Positions 9,987 to 19,361 of a stretch of 64,000 bases of DNA are shown here, one piece after another (position 1 is the stretch's first letter; each line of letters opens with the position of its first letter). The position numbers and the translations under genes are program-made. Source of the DNA: an uncultured virus (IMG/VR IMGVR_UViG_3300023710_000222) (lineage: Duplodnaviria > Heunggongvirae > Uroviricota > Caudoviricetes); the IMG/VR virus record IMGVR_UViG_3300023710_000222; one strand, 5' to 3'. The notes under the pieces are model-generated. The model saw only the letters and a list, made by a program, of their open reading frames with translations, had not been told where the DNA came from and made no database searches.

Positions 9987-10225
9987 TTGCCTCTGTGTGA
10001 GGCGTAACTCTTTTTTACGGTGCTTTATCAAAGGTAGCTGTGTGCAGACAAGCAAGGCCGAAGGAAGATTATTCACCCCTGGGCGTAGCAGAAATTGAAT
10101 AACAGTGCAGCCGTTGTTCCATTTGTGAGAAAAATCTTTTGTAGCCAAGGCCTCCGGCCAGCCTTTCATGTCAAAGCACGGTGATTTACCTTTGCGCCGG
10201 AAAAGAGAGTTACGCACAGAGGCAA
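9987..10225. promoter_or_regulatory. Fold-back element copy 1 (ssDNA-promoter-like) upstream of ardA
   Basis: Arms TTGCCTCTGTG..GCGTAACTCT..CAAAGGTA and TACCTTTG..AGAGTTACGCACAGAGGCAA are complementary; core shared with 24142-24408. Confidence 0.6.
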
Positions 10226-10533
10226 GTTCCAAACATGAAGTTGAGCAAGAACAGACAAGAATCCCGAAACAAGAACATTGGAGTCAAGTCAAGCACCATC
10301 AGCGAGGCCACGGCTGTACCTTTGCTGCCGTGCAGAAGCAAGAGGCATCCCGTCTGTGTGGAATCATACCGGATGAGGGTCATTGATACCATGTTTAAGA
10401 AGAGCTGGCCGCCCTCGATGACTACTTCCTCATGTGTGCCATCAGACCGTTACACCGCCATGAAAAACGAGGAGCCTTTAGGCCGCAGAACTTTTCGCAG
10501 GTACTCGGAATTAGAGCTGCATCGTTGAAGAGC

Positions 10534-10567
10534 AAAAAAATCCCGCCGTAGATGGACCACAGCGGGA
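10534..10567 (-). terminator. Putative intrinsic terminator after the lysis genes
   Basis: TCCCGC...GCGGGA stem followed by a T7 run on the minus strand. Confidence 0.55.
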
Positions 10568-10600
10568 AGCAGACTATATGGATGCAGTGATAATAACTTC

Positions 10601-11188
10601 CTACCTTTTGAATTTGCTAGCTGCAAGTAGTAGGACACCGAGGAGGATGGCAATAGCCATGATAAGGAATGCAAGATTACGGAATGTATTGGGAGGCTTC
10701 ACCACTTTCTCTAAATCGCCCGTTTCAGTGACCTTTTGATGACCGAAACGATGGGTAGAGACTGTATCTACAGACAGGCTCTCAGCACCTGCCGTTTGTG
10801 TATGTGTCAGCTGTGTGTTGGAGCGGATGCCCTTCAAAGACAGCCTTGCCGCGAGCCGCCCCGAAGCTTTAGATCGGGGCGGTCTCGTAGCGGCAAGGCT
10901 GTCATTATCCACACTAGGAATTTCGAGTGTGAAGATCTCCAGTTCGAGGCTGTCAGCCTCAATTGAATGCGTAGCATTGAGACTGTCGAAGAGCGCGAAG
11001 ATAGACTGTCCTAGGGACACCCGTTCTACGTGTTCTTCAAGTTGTTGAGTTGCTTCAATCTTTGTACTCTTTTTAACTGAGCCACAGGCAGTAAAGACTA
11101 CAAGGATAAAGAACAGTGCGAAGCACCGCGCGACCCTGAAAGCATACGTTCCAGGGTGGGCGGGATGGAAAGGAACGTATGCTTTCAT
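10601..11188 (-). CDS. Lipoprotein with C-terminal TM helix, unimolecular-spanin-like
   Basis: Hydrophobic signal ending FTAC, C-terminal hydrophobic helix, follows holin and endolysin. Confidence 0.55.
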   Translation of the reverse strand: MKAYVPFHPAHPGTYAFRVARCFALFFILVVFTACGSVKKSTKIEATQQLEEHVERVSLGQSIFALFDSLNATHSIEADSLELEIFTLEIPSVDNDSLAATRPPRSKASGRLAARLSLKGIRSNTQLTHTQTAGAESLSVDTVSTHRFGHQKVTETGDLEKVVKPPNTFRNLAFLIMAIAILLGVLLLAASKFKR

Positions 11189-11640
11189 GGGAGCGCTTTT
11201 TTGATGTCCATGTTGGAAATATACTCATATTCTTTTTTCGCATCGAACGATGGACAATCCTTTTTTGCGAAGTCCCGATGGCCATAAATCTTAGCCTCCG
11301 GGAAGGCCGCTTTGAGCAATTGAAGCAGAACCTTCATAGCCTCTTTCTGTTCTGGAGTGCGTGTATCTTCAGGTGTGCGTCCGTCCTCTTTGCGCACGCC
11401 ACCGATATAGCATACTCCGATGCTGTGTTTGTTGTGGCCACCTTCTTTACAGTGGGCACCTTCTTCTTCTATGGGCCTGCCTAAATGGATGGTGCCGTCA
11501 AGGTAGATGACATAGTGATAGCCGATACAACGGAAGTTGAATGGCGGTTTGCGGTGCCAGCTATCAATGTCTTCTACAGTGAAGTTAGCCCCTTTGGGCG
11601 TGGCACTGCAATGAACGATGATTTCATTGATCTGTCTCAT
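11185..11640 (-). CDS. N-acetylmuramoyl-L-alanine amidase (T7-lysozyme-like endolysin)
   Basis: IIVHCSAT, IGYHYVI, GAHC, SIGVCYIGG and GHRD..KDCPSFD motifs. Confidence 0.92.
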   Translation of the reverse strand: MRQINEIIVHCSATPKGANFTVEDIDSWHRKPPFNFRCIGYHYVIYLDGTIHLGRPIEEEGAHCKEGGHNKHSIGVCYIGGVRKEDGRTPEDTRTPEQKEAMKVLLQLLKAAFPEAKIYGHRDFAKKDCPSFDAKKEYEYISNMDIKKALP

Positions 11641-11878
11641 TTTGTGTTGAAGTTTTAGTTAGTTGTTTCTTGATGTCTGAGAACTTGGAATTGATATACA
11701 CGTTGATGCCGAGAGCGCTGCCCGCATATACGAGGCATTGTGCGGTGAACATCAGCACCGAGTCGGAGATTTCCCCCATAGGAGGTACGACGAATCCCGC
11801 GATGGAGAGGCCGACACCAGCCACTAGCATGGCGACGGCGGTAAAGACCTGGATGTCTGTTCGAGTTTCTTTTGTCAT
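11624..11878 (-). CDS. Putative holin
   Basis: 84 aa with two TM segments, overlapping the endolysin start. Confidence 0.65.
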   Translation of the reverse strand: MTKETRTDIQVFTAVAMLVAGVGLSIAGFVVPPMGEISDSVLMFTAQCLVYAGSALGINVYINSKFSDIKKQLTKTSTQNETDQ

Positions 11879-11890
11879 GGCTTTACATAT

Positions 11891-13219
11891 TTAGCTATTT
11901 GATAAGGAGCGTTCTAGAATTACCTCATACGAGCCACTGACATTTCTGTTATGGTCAGTGAGCGTGATTGTCAATTTGCCATTTCCGTTGCCTTGCCAGT
12001 AGTCATCTTCGTCTGCAATGAAAGTGACATAACGTTTTCCACCTTCATATTCCACATGGAAAACACTGTCATTTGTACCTAGTGACCATGTTACATTGCA
12101 GTCCATGGCACTCACCGAGTTTTCATCTTCATCCATTGCACTCAGTTGAATATCTACTTCAACACTTGATGCAATAGTGCACCCACTGCTAGTTACGTTC
12201 CTTACAGGAATGACGATAGTTGAAGGATTAGCAAAAGCAAACAGCTTTGCCTTCAATACATATCTGTTATCCAGACTGTTAAATCTATCATAGATACTCG
12301 ATATACTATCCTGCAGGTTAGATATTCCACTTTGCAGCTCGACTATTGTGAGTAACATGTCATTAACCTGCTCATCGAGGCTGTTCAATATTCTAAGATT
12401 CTCCTTTGTCATCAGTCCGGCATAGTTGCTGTTAGCCTGTCCTATGGTAAGTGCCAGTACTCCGGCGTTGTTTTCCATGAACGGATGCACCAGCTTGATG
12501 GTTGCAGTCGTTGCCGTGCGGCTTACGCCGATGTCCGTTCCTACAGAACTCCAGCTTCCCACTGACGAGATGGCCGTGCGCAGATTGTTTGTGAAGGTGA
12601 TTGTTCTCTGACTGTGTTTATTACCAGCAAAGTAAAGATTCTGAACCGTCGTTGTCGCATTGTGCGTTTGATGGATCATTCCCACGTTGTTGCCATATTT
12701 GTAGATAATCCATTTGATGCGAGTGGCTGATGCAATGGCCAGCTGTGCTGCCGCTTCCTCTCCTGGGGAAGATGCACTGCCCACGTCACCGAGGAAACGG
12801 ATTCCCATGTTTTCTAGTTCAACCTTATTGGCTATCCCTGTGATTCTGGTATAGTCCGTAGGGCTGATGACTCCGGCCAGTGTGGCTGATGCCAAGGGGA
12901 TGCTGATATTGACGGCACTTGTATCATCATCACCCTCTGTAAGCGTCAGCGTAATGTTGACAGCCTCTGCTGTACGTGTCACCCTTGATGCGATATTGAC
13001 TATTGCCGTATTCTTCAGCGCATCAAACTCTTCAGGGTCAACCCCATCTGTAGAGCCACCAACCTGGATGTTTGCCAGCTGTGAATCCGTTGCACAGTTG
13101 GCGATGAGGTTTGCCAGCTGCTGCAGCAGTGCGCCTATCCTCTCCGGAGTGATGCTTGCCTCCTGAGTCTCAGCACGGAGGGAAGATATGACTGATGTGA
13201 TGGAAGTAATGTTGTTCAT
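11891..13219 (-). CDS. Putative tail fibre / virion appendage protein
   Basis: Ser/Thr/Asn-rich; ETQEASITPERIG N-terminus, repeated A..AG(V/L)(I/M) motifs, coiled coil. Start moved to 13219 because the upstream in-frame part overlaps a promoter. Confidence 0.55.
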   Translation of the reverse strand: MNNITSITSVISSLRAETQEASITPERIGALLQQLANLIANCATDSQLANIQVGGSTDGVDPEEFDALKNTAIVNIASRVTRTAEAVNITLTLTEGDDDTSAVNISIPLASATLAGVISPTDYTRITGIANKVELENMGIRFLGDVGSASSPGEEAAAQLAIASATRIKWIIYKYGNNVGMIHQTHNATTTVQNLYFAGNKHSQRTITFTNNLRTAISSVGSWSSVGTDIGVSRTATTATIKLVHPFMENNAGVLALTIGQANSNYAGLMTKENLRILNSLDEQVNDMLLTIVELQSGISNLQDSISSIYDRFNSLDNRYVLKAKLFAFANPSTIVIPVRNVTSSGCTIASSVEVDIQLSAMDEDENSVSAMDCNVTWSLGTNDSVFHVEYEGGKRYVTFIADEDDYWQGNGNGKLTITLTDHNRNVSGSYEVILERSLSNS

Positions 13220-13273
13220 TGTGCGGTAGTATTTGTGTTTGTGTTTGTGATGTGATAGCCTGTTTTTCAGTTG

Positions 13274-13309
13274 CAAATGTACATACATATATACATGTGC
13301 GAAAAGACA
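13274..13309 (-). promoter_or_regulatory. Putative late promoter of the tail fibre / lysis operon
   Basis: TGTCTTTTCGC-N17-TACATTTG. Confidence 0.7.
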
Positions 13310-13321
13310 GATTTGACACCT

Positions 13322-13768
13322 TCATGCCCTCATGGTACCATGATAGCGTCGGAAGTTATAGTCATCCAGTGCCTCATTGATGATGCCGATGAACTCCTTG
13401 CCCAAGTTGTCTGCGTAGAACTCCTTGATGTTCATGAAGCTGGCATAGTACTTGATGGAGAACCAGCGGCGACGTTGGCGTACCTTGGCACGTCCTATGT
13501 CGCCCGGATTCCCTCGCGGCGTTTCGCGTCCCGTGCCATAGTCCTGCCACAGGCCGTATTCACGGAAGGCTTGGGTGAGGTGCACATCCACCAGCTTCCC
13601 GTCGGCCTTATAGCCGAGTGAGACGGGAGAATTGAGCAGCGTCTTGGTGTCAATGACATCAAGGAGCGTGATACGTTCCTTCCAAATCTTGATCATCGTG
13701 TCATTGAAGGCCGCGACATATTTTTGTCGTTCTTGCAGGGCCTGTTCCTGTGTCTGTTGCTGTGGCAT
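13322..13768 (-). CDS. Phage hypothetical protein (tail completion-like position)
   Basis: 148 aa ORF tightly packed in the morphogenesis region. Confidence 0.6.
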   Translation of the reverse strand: MPQQQTQEQALQERQKYVAAFNDTMIKIWKERITLLDVIDTKTLLNSPVSLGYKADGKLVDVHLTQAFREYGLWQDYGTGRETPRGNPGDIGRAKVRQRRRWFSIKYYASFMNIKEFYADNLGKEFIGIINEALDDYNFRRYHGTMRA

Positions 13769-13771
13769 AGC

Positions 13772-14314
13772 TTAATCGTATGACTGAGTGAACTGAGGAG
13801 AGAACGCGCCCATTTCCGGCAAGTTCTCCCATTCTGAAAAGCGAAAGCGTAGGTCGGTGAATGTGTCCACTGCCACTTGGAAGTAGGCACATGCACATCC
13901 GGAGAAGAAGTATTCGTCTATCTCCTGGAACTGTATTCGTTGGTCAAGGTAGATGGCATTCTGTTCGAGTCGTGTCCTTTCAAGGATGAGTCTCGACATG
14001 AATTGCCGGAATACTTCTCGCATTGTATCAAGGCATCTGCCACGTGCCGCCATATCGTCAATGGCGTGCCGTTTGGCGAAAAACACCGTCTTGATGCATC
14101 GTGTGTGCGGGCTGTTTGTGAGGTCGGTATAACCCTGTGAGCTGTCATCCACAGCGATGATGGCAGTAGCTGTCTGCAAACGCGCAAGTGCTTCCTCGAA
14201 GCCTTGCAGTCCTGTAACCCTGCAGAACTTGAAGCCCTGTTCCTGGGCGAGCTTGTTCTGCTCTGTAAGTTGTTTGAAGAACGCCGTGGCGTTCCAGTTG
14301 ATGTTTGGTATCAT
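13772..14314 (-). CDS. Phage hypothetical protein, 180 aa
   Basis: Protein-like sequence starts at MIPNINWN (ATG 14314); the upstream part of the track ORF is translated repeat. Confidence 0.65.
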   Translation of the reverse strand: MIPNINWNATAFFKQLTEQNKLAQEQGFKFCRVTGLQGFEEALARLQTATAIIAVDDSSQGYTDLTNSPHTRCIKTVFFAKRHAIDDMAARGRCLDTMREVFRQFMSRLILERTRLEQNAIYLDQRIQFQEIDEYFFSGCACAYFQVAVDTFTDLRFRFSEWENLPEMGAFSPQFTQSYD

Positions 14315-14358
14315 GGAGAATGGGATGAAAAATGAAAAGTGAAAAGAGAAAATGTAAA

Positions 14359-14930
14359 ATTGGGTTCGGCTCCCCGAATAGCGGCAGCGTCTGTCTTGGG
14401 GGCATGGGGTACTCCCCATAAACACCTCGGGGCTTGGGCATCTCCCAAATACACACCATCGGAGATATGGGGCTTGGGGACTCCCAAACAGCTTGCGTCC
14501 TTCTGATTGGGGTTCGGCATTCTCCCGAATAGCGGCAGCGTCTGGCTTGGGGGCATGGGGTACTCCCCATATACACCTCGGGGCTTGGGCATTCTCCCAA
14601 ATACACACCATCGGAGATATGGGGCTTGGGGACTCCCAAACAGCTTGCGTCTTTCTGATTGGGTTCGGCTCCCCGAATAGCGGCAGCGTCCTGTCTTGGG
14701 GGCATGGGGTGCTCCCCATATACACCTTGGGGCTTGGGCATTCTCCCAAATACACACCATCGGAGATATGGGGCTTGGGGACTCCCAAATAGCTTGCGTC
14801 CTTCTTATTGGGGTTCGGGCATTCTCCCGAATAGCGGCAGCGTCTGTCTTGGGGGCATGGGGCACTCCCCATATACACACCATCGGAGATATACCCAGCA
14901 TCGCAGATAAACATACCATCGGAGATATGC
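14359..14930. repeat. ~150-bp tandem repeat (about 3.5 units) built of short G/C hairpins
   Basis: Units start near 14359, 14506, 14658 and 14807; each has four GGG-loop-CCC stems. Confidence 0.95.
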
Positions 14931-14941
14931 CCCGAACAAGT

Positions 14942-15688
14942 TTACTTGTTAATCTTCCGAAGCTCTTCATATTCTTTCGCTTGTGCATTGAGTTCTGTAA
15001 GGGCTCTCCAAGTGTCCAATTGAAGGACTTCGGCTTCTTTTGTGACATCACCTTTGGTGAGGGCACGTATCTGAGCATCCATCGATTCCTGAAGATGGAT
15101 CGACAGCGAGGCACTGCCGAGCATATTCCCCTGCTTGGGGTCAAAGGGCTGGAATAGATGTGTGAAGCGGCTGCGTAACATCGTCTTGACGGAGGCGAAC
15201 CAATAGAACACCGCGACAGTCTGCGTCTTGTTGAGCCGGATGTCCTCAGCATCGTAGAGAATCGCCGCCATCTGGCGTATGATGTCCTCATCCTGTGTCT
15301 GTAGGAAACCTTGGTAGAGGTTATCCAGACAGAGGTACTTTTCAAATGGCACCCCCATCAGGTCTGCGGGCAATGACTCATGTCCGTCAATGCTCTCAGC
15401 CTTAATGGGAACAGGTGGCAGTTCATTCAGGAAAGACAGTTCGGTAGCGGCTGCTGCCGCTTGCGAGGCAGACAAGATTCCTTTTTGCTTGCCCAGTTGA
15501 ACGAGGAAGTTGTGCTTGCCCTGTGTTGCCAGAACCTTGATGCCGCTCCACCGGATTAGGCAGAAAGAACGGATAGCGGCAGCGTCATATCCTTCTGAAA
15601 GAAGGAAATAAACATATAGCTGCTGCGCAGTTGTCAACTCATTCCAGGCCTTGGGTAGTGACAGAGAAAAAGAAATAGCTGTTTCCAT
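14942..15688 (-). CDS. Phage hypothetical protein, 248 aa
   Basis: LPKAWNELT N-terminus; preceded by the late promoter motif. Confidence 0.65.
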   Translation of the reverse strand: METAISFSLSLPKAWNELTTAQQLYVYFLLSEGYDAAAIRSFCLIRWSGIKVLATQGKHNFLVQLGKQKGILSASQAAAAATELSFLNELPPVPIKAESIDGHESLPADLMGVPFEKYLCLDNLYQGFLQTQDEDIIRQMAAILYDAEDIRLNKTQTVAVFYWFASVKTMLRSRFTHLFQPFDPKQGNMLGSASLSIHLQESMDAQIRALTKGDVTKEAEVLQLDTWRALTELNAQAKEYEELRKINK

Positions 15689-15692
15689 ACTG

Positions 15693-15728
15693 CAAAAGTA
15701 CGGTAACAGCCATCAATGCGAAAAGACA
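15693..15728 (-). promoter_or_regulatory. Putative late promoter, probably giving a leaderless mRNA
   Basis: TGTCTTTTCGC-N17-TACTTTTG, then only 4 nt before the ATG at 15688. Confidence 0.7.
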
Positions 15729-15739
15729 AAAAATGTAGG

Positions 15740-17161
15740 TTATTTGACCTTGATAATATCCTTTATATCCGTCGTGTAGAACGGAGAACGGCGGTCGTGA
15801 AGGATGCTGTTGCGGAATGTGATGGCCTTGCCTGTTGCCGGATCGATGCTTCTCATTGCCTGTGCTACCATCATTGTTTCATCCCCGTGTTTACGGTTAA
15901 TGGCATCTGCAACCTCAGACAGCTTTGTAAGTTTCTGCTTCAGGATTGGCGGGATGTCAAGAAAGTTGGTCTGCAGTTCCGAATCAGGAACAATGCCGCT
16001 GACGATGACTCCGGCGCGTTTCCATTGGAAGGGAGGCCCACCCCCAGCCCCTCCCCATGGGAGGGGAGAATGTTGGCGCGTAGTTAGCAATAGTTCATCC
16101 TCATTGCTTGCAATCAACTTTTCTTCCTCTGATATATAATGGCTTATGGTTGCAGTAGATATACAACCTTCCATAGCCTTCATGGCAGCTTTGACAATCT
16201 CAGGGTCAGAGCTGGCTGGAGCCAGGAGGTTCACCGTGCGTCCGATTGACATCTGATCCAAGTCCTCGCGGAAGGGATTGGTGGACATGAAGACCGTAAC
16301 GTACTGAGCCATACTGTGCTGCGCCCTCAGCTTCTGCGCACACCGTGCCGCGAAACCCGCTATGGGCGTTGCCAACATCTCAGCAGAAGCAATCATCTTC
16401 GGGAAGCTGCGACTCGTGCAGATAGTCTGCTTGCGAGGCAGGTTATCCAGAGCTATGCAATCGCGTCCGTGCAGTTCCATCCACGTGCGAAGACCTGTGA
16501 CAGTCATTGCACGGCGCACGGACTCAGCATCAACCCGCGTAAAGTCAAGAGCGGTCTTGATGCCCCGCGCCTGTAGTCGTGCCGCATGACGTCGCCCGAT
16601 GCCCCAAACATCCTCTACAGGAAAGAGCGAAAGCGCTTTCTCCCGTTGTGTATCCGTCTCGATGAAGCAACATTTCTTGTACGCCGGATAGCGTTTGGCA
16701 AACTTGCTGGCCACCTTGGCCAGCGTCTTAGTCCGTGCAATGCCGATACTCACAGGCATTCCCGTCCACTGGCGTACCTTGGCAGCAAGCGCCTCGCCCC
16801 ACTGCTTGAAGTCCATTTTCATGTAGGGGGACTCATTCCACATCAGGAATGCTTCATCGATGCTATATACGAAAATCTCAGGCGCACTGTCACGAAGGAT
16901 ATTCATTACACGGCGGGACATATCCCCGTATAAAGTGTAGTTGCTGCTGAGTGCGTGAATCTCCTGCCCGGGGAAACGTTCTGCCAGTTGGAAGAACGGT
17001 AATCCTTCAGGTACGCCTAAGGCTTTCGCCTCCTGACTGCGTGCTACCACACAGCCGTCGTTGTTCGAGAGAACCACAACCGCCTTGCCTTCGAGTGCGG
17101 GATTAAAAACCCGTTCACAAGACACGTAACAATTATCACAATCTACGAGAGCGTATATCAT
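15740..17161 (-). CDS. umuC: Y-family DNA polymerase V catalytic subunit UmuC
   Basis: [45 protein letters not shown] and VWGIGRR motifs; start at MIYAL (17161). Confidence 0.93.
   Translation of the reverse strand: MIYALVDCDNCYVSCERVFNPALEGKAVVVLSNNDGCVVARSQEAKALGVPEGLPFFQLAERFPGQEIHALSSNYTLYGDMSRRVMNILRDSAPEIFVYSIDEAFLMWNESPYMKMDFKQWGEALAAKVRQWTGMPVSIGIARTKTLAKVASKFAKRYPAYKKCCFIETDTQREKALSLFPVEDVWGIGRRHAARLQARGIKTALDFTRVDAESVRRAMTVTGLRTWMELHGRDCIALDNLPRKQTICTSRSFPKMIASAEMLATPIAGFAARCAQKLRAQHSMAQYVTVFMSTNPFREDLDQMSIGRTVNLLAPASSDPEIVKAAMKAMEGCISTATISHYISEEEKLIASNEDELLLTTRQHSPLPWGGAGGGPPFQWKRAGVIVSGIVPDSELQTNFLDIPPILKQKLTKLSEVADAINRKHGDETMMVAQAMRSIDPATGKAITFRNSILHDRRSPFYTTDIKDIIKVK
16037..16068. 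repeat. REP-like palindromic element inside umuC
   Basis: CCCACCCCCAGCCCCTCCCCATGGGAGGGGAG with a CCCCTCCC/GGGAGGGG stem; translated as [11 protein letters not shown]. Confidence 0.6.
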
Positions 17162-17282
17162 AGCGGGGACAAAAATACTAAAAACTGTCCAAAAAGCAGT
17201 GCAGAAGTCACATATAACCTTAAAAACAAGGTAAAATTGACCGATTTTATTTACTTTTGCACCGCAAAACAGACAATCCTTT

Positions 17283-17738
17283 ATGAACGAGATACAAATA
17301 CTGACAGCAGAGATAGGTGAAGAAGTCAAGCTTCCCTATTTTCCCGGCGGCATCCGTGCGGGCTTCCCTTCTCCGGCTACTGACTACGAGGAAGAATCCA
17401 TTGACCTCAACCATGAGCTTATCAAGCACCGTGAGGCCACCTTCTTTGCCCGTGTCAATGGTGATTCCATGATAGATGCTGGCTACGTACCCGGTGACCT
17501 CATAGTTATAGATAGAGCCTTGGAGCCTAAGGATGGCGATGTCGTTGTGGCATGGGTAGATGGCGATGATACAGGCTTCACCATCAAGGAGCTTGATTTA
17601 TCCAAGCAGAAAGAAGGCATCGTCAGGCTTGTTCCTCATAACAAGGCCTATCAGCCCATTGTCATTACTACCGAACAGCGTAGCATCATCTGGGGTGTTG
17701 TCACCTACTGTATCCATCAGAGTTCAAGAATCAGATAA
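17283..17738 (+). CDS. umuD: UmuD / S24 peptidase subunit
   Basis: IRAGFPSPA cleavage region, GDSM serine, FTIK lysine; TACTTTTG promoter element at 17252-17259. Confidence 0.92.
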   Translation: MNEIQILTAEIGEEVKLPYFPGGIRAGFPSPATDYEEESIDLNHELIKHREATFFARVNGDSMIDAGYVPGDLIVIDRALEPKDGDVVVAWVDGDDTGFTIKELDLSKQKEGIVRLVPHNKAYQPIVITTEQRSIIWGVVTYCIHQSSRIR

Positions 17739-17748
17739 ATCGGAATTT

Positions 17749-18390
17749 ATGGAAATCAATAATAGACCCAACCCCAATGAGGCTTTTCCGAATCCGAAGA
17801 TTCCAAGCCTCTGCTTCATCAAGAACGTGGTGAAGAACCCGCGTATCATCATCGGCGACTATACCTACTACGATGATGTGGATGGTGCTGACCAGTTCGA
17901 GAAGCATGTCACTCATTTCTACGATTTCATAGGCGACCGACTGATTATTGGCAAATTCTGCGCTATTGCCAAGGGTGTGGAGTTTGTCATGAATGGAGCC
18001 AATCATAGGATGGACGGTGTGACAACCTATCCGTTTTATGTCATTGGTGGCGACTGGGGAAGTGCCATTGCTCCAGTGAAAGATGAATTGCCTCTGAAGG
18101 GTGATACCGTTGTGGGCAATGATGTCTGGATTGGCCAGCATGTTACTATCATGCCAGGCGTTCACATAGGTGACGGAGCAATTATCGGAGCCAACTCTGT
18201 TGTTGCCTCAGACATTCCTCCATACGCTGTTGCTGTGGGTAATCCGTGCCGAGTGGTCAGGATGCGTTTTGACGACGAATTCATTGCCTTTCTGTTGCAA
18301 CTGAAATGGTGGGATTGGGACATTGAGAAAATAGAGCGCAATTTCAAAGCTTTGTCAAGTGGTGATTTATCATTGATCAGAAACCTATAA
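17749..18390 (+). CDS. vat: Vat/CatB-family hexapeptide-repeat O-acetyltransferase
   Basis: [43 protein letters not shown] and KWWDW motifs; start at ATG 17749. Confidence 0.85.
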   Translation: MEINNRPNPNEAFPNPKIPSLCFIKNVVKNPRIIIGDYTYYDDVDGADQFEKHVTHFYDFIGDRLIIGKFCAIAKGVEFVMNGANHRMDGVTTYPFYVIGGDWGSAIAPVKDELPLKGDTVVGNDVWIGQHVTIMPGVHIGDGAIIGANSVVASDIPPYAVAVGNPCRVVRMRFDDEFIAFLLQLKWWDWDIEKIERNFKALSSGDLSLIRNL

Positions 18391-18431
18391 ATTCCAATTT
18401 ATCGGACAGTTTACTTCAACATTTCATCACT

Positions 18432-18728
18432 ATGGAAACCTTCAACGATGTAATCAATAGCGGCGAGTTGGTTTTGGCCGATTTCTTTGCCACTTGGTGC
18501 GGCCCCTGTAAGGCCATGCACCCCGTATTGGAACAGTTAAAAGCCCAATTGGGCGACCGCGTCCGCATTATCAAGGTGGATGTGGATAAACACGGCATTC
18601 CCGCAGAAGAGTATAATGTGCAGGCTGTACCCACATTGATACTTTTCCGCAGTGGTCAAGTCCTTTGGCGACAGAGCGGAGCCATGCCACTTAACCAACT
18701 ACTTTCAGTGGTGAATCAATATCTATAA
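18432..18728 (+). CDS. trxA: Thioredoxin
   Basis: DFFATWCGPCK. Confidence 0.95.
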   Translation: METFNDVINSGELVLADFFATWCGPCKAMHPVLEQLKAQLGDRVRIIKVDVDKHGIPAEEYNVQAVPTLILFRSGQVLWRQSGAMPLNQLLSVVNQYL

Positions 18729-18731
18729 TCC

Positions 18732-19361
18732 ATGCTGATACAAGTGACACCCGAACTTCAGCGCTATGTCGAAGCCAATATCATACCGAGGTATGACAGT
18801 TTCGACAAAGCCCATCAGCGTGATCATGTTTTGATGGTCATACAGCAAAGCATGGAACTGGCTGAAAAGTTGGGTGTCAATGCCGATATGGCCTACGCCA
18901 TAGCTGCCTATCACGATACAGGCCTGTGCGAAGGAAGAGAGCGCCACCATGAAGTATCAGCCAGGATTATCAAGGCAGACCAAACACTGCGCAGGTGGTT
19001 CACAGAAGAGCAGATAGTCACCATGGCCGATGCAGCAGAAGACCATCGTGCTTCATCCGGCCATGAGCCTCGCACCATCTATGGCCGCATTGTGGCAGAG
19101 GCAGACCGTTTTATTGATGCAGCCACCATCATCCGCAGAACCATTCAGTACGGTTTTGACCATTATCCGGAGTATAGCCGTGAAGAGCATTTTCAGCGTA
19201 TGGTGGCACATCTTCATGAGAAATATGGCCGTAATGGCTATCTTCACCTATGGTTTGAGGATTCCCCCAATGCCGAACGATTAAGGCAGCTTCAAGACAT
19301 CATAGATGATGAAGCTGCCCTTATGCAGTATTTCAATCAGTATTTTGACAGTCAGGATTAG
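18732..19361 (+). CDS. HD-domain phosphohydrolase
   Basis: AH...H, YHDTG, HH, EDHRAS and AEADR motifs. Confidence 0.85.
   Translation: MLIQVTPELQRYVEANIIPRYDSFDKAHQRDHVLMVIQQSMELAEKLGVNADMAYAIAAYHDTGLCEGRERHHEVSARIIKADQTLRRWFTEEQIVTMADAAEDHRASSGHEPRTIYGRIVAEADRFIDAATIIRRTIQYGFDHYPEYSREEHFQRMVAHLHEKYGRNGYLHLWFEDSPNAERLRQLQDIIDDEAALMQYFNQYFDSQD

Noticed and set aside
9960..10232. N-terminal extension of ArdA in the ORF track
   Set aside because: It overlaps the fold-back element; the ATG at 9959 has a typical A-rich leader and gives a normal ArdA size
14359..14930. CRISPR array or coding repeat (track ORFs 13772-14914, 14145-14741, 14311-15345)
   Set aside because: Inter-hairpin segments are themselves repeated; indels move the same peptide between frames, so the open frames look like a by-product of stop-poor repeats. 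No clear slippery site for a chaperone-type frameshift was seen.
17162..17748. Extended starts for umuC (17329) and vat (17560)
   Set aside because: They overlap umuD or its promoter; family-typical N-termini begin at 17161 and 17749
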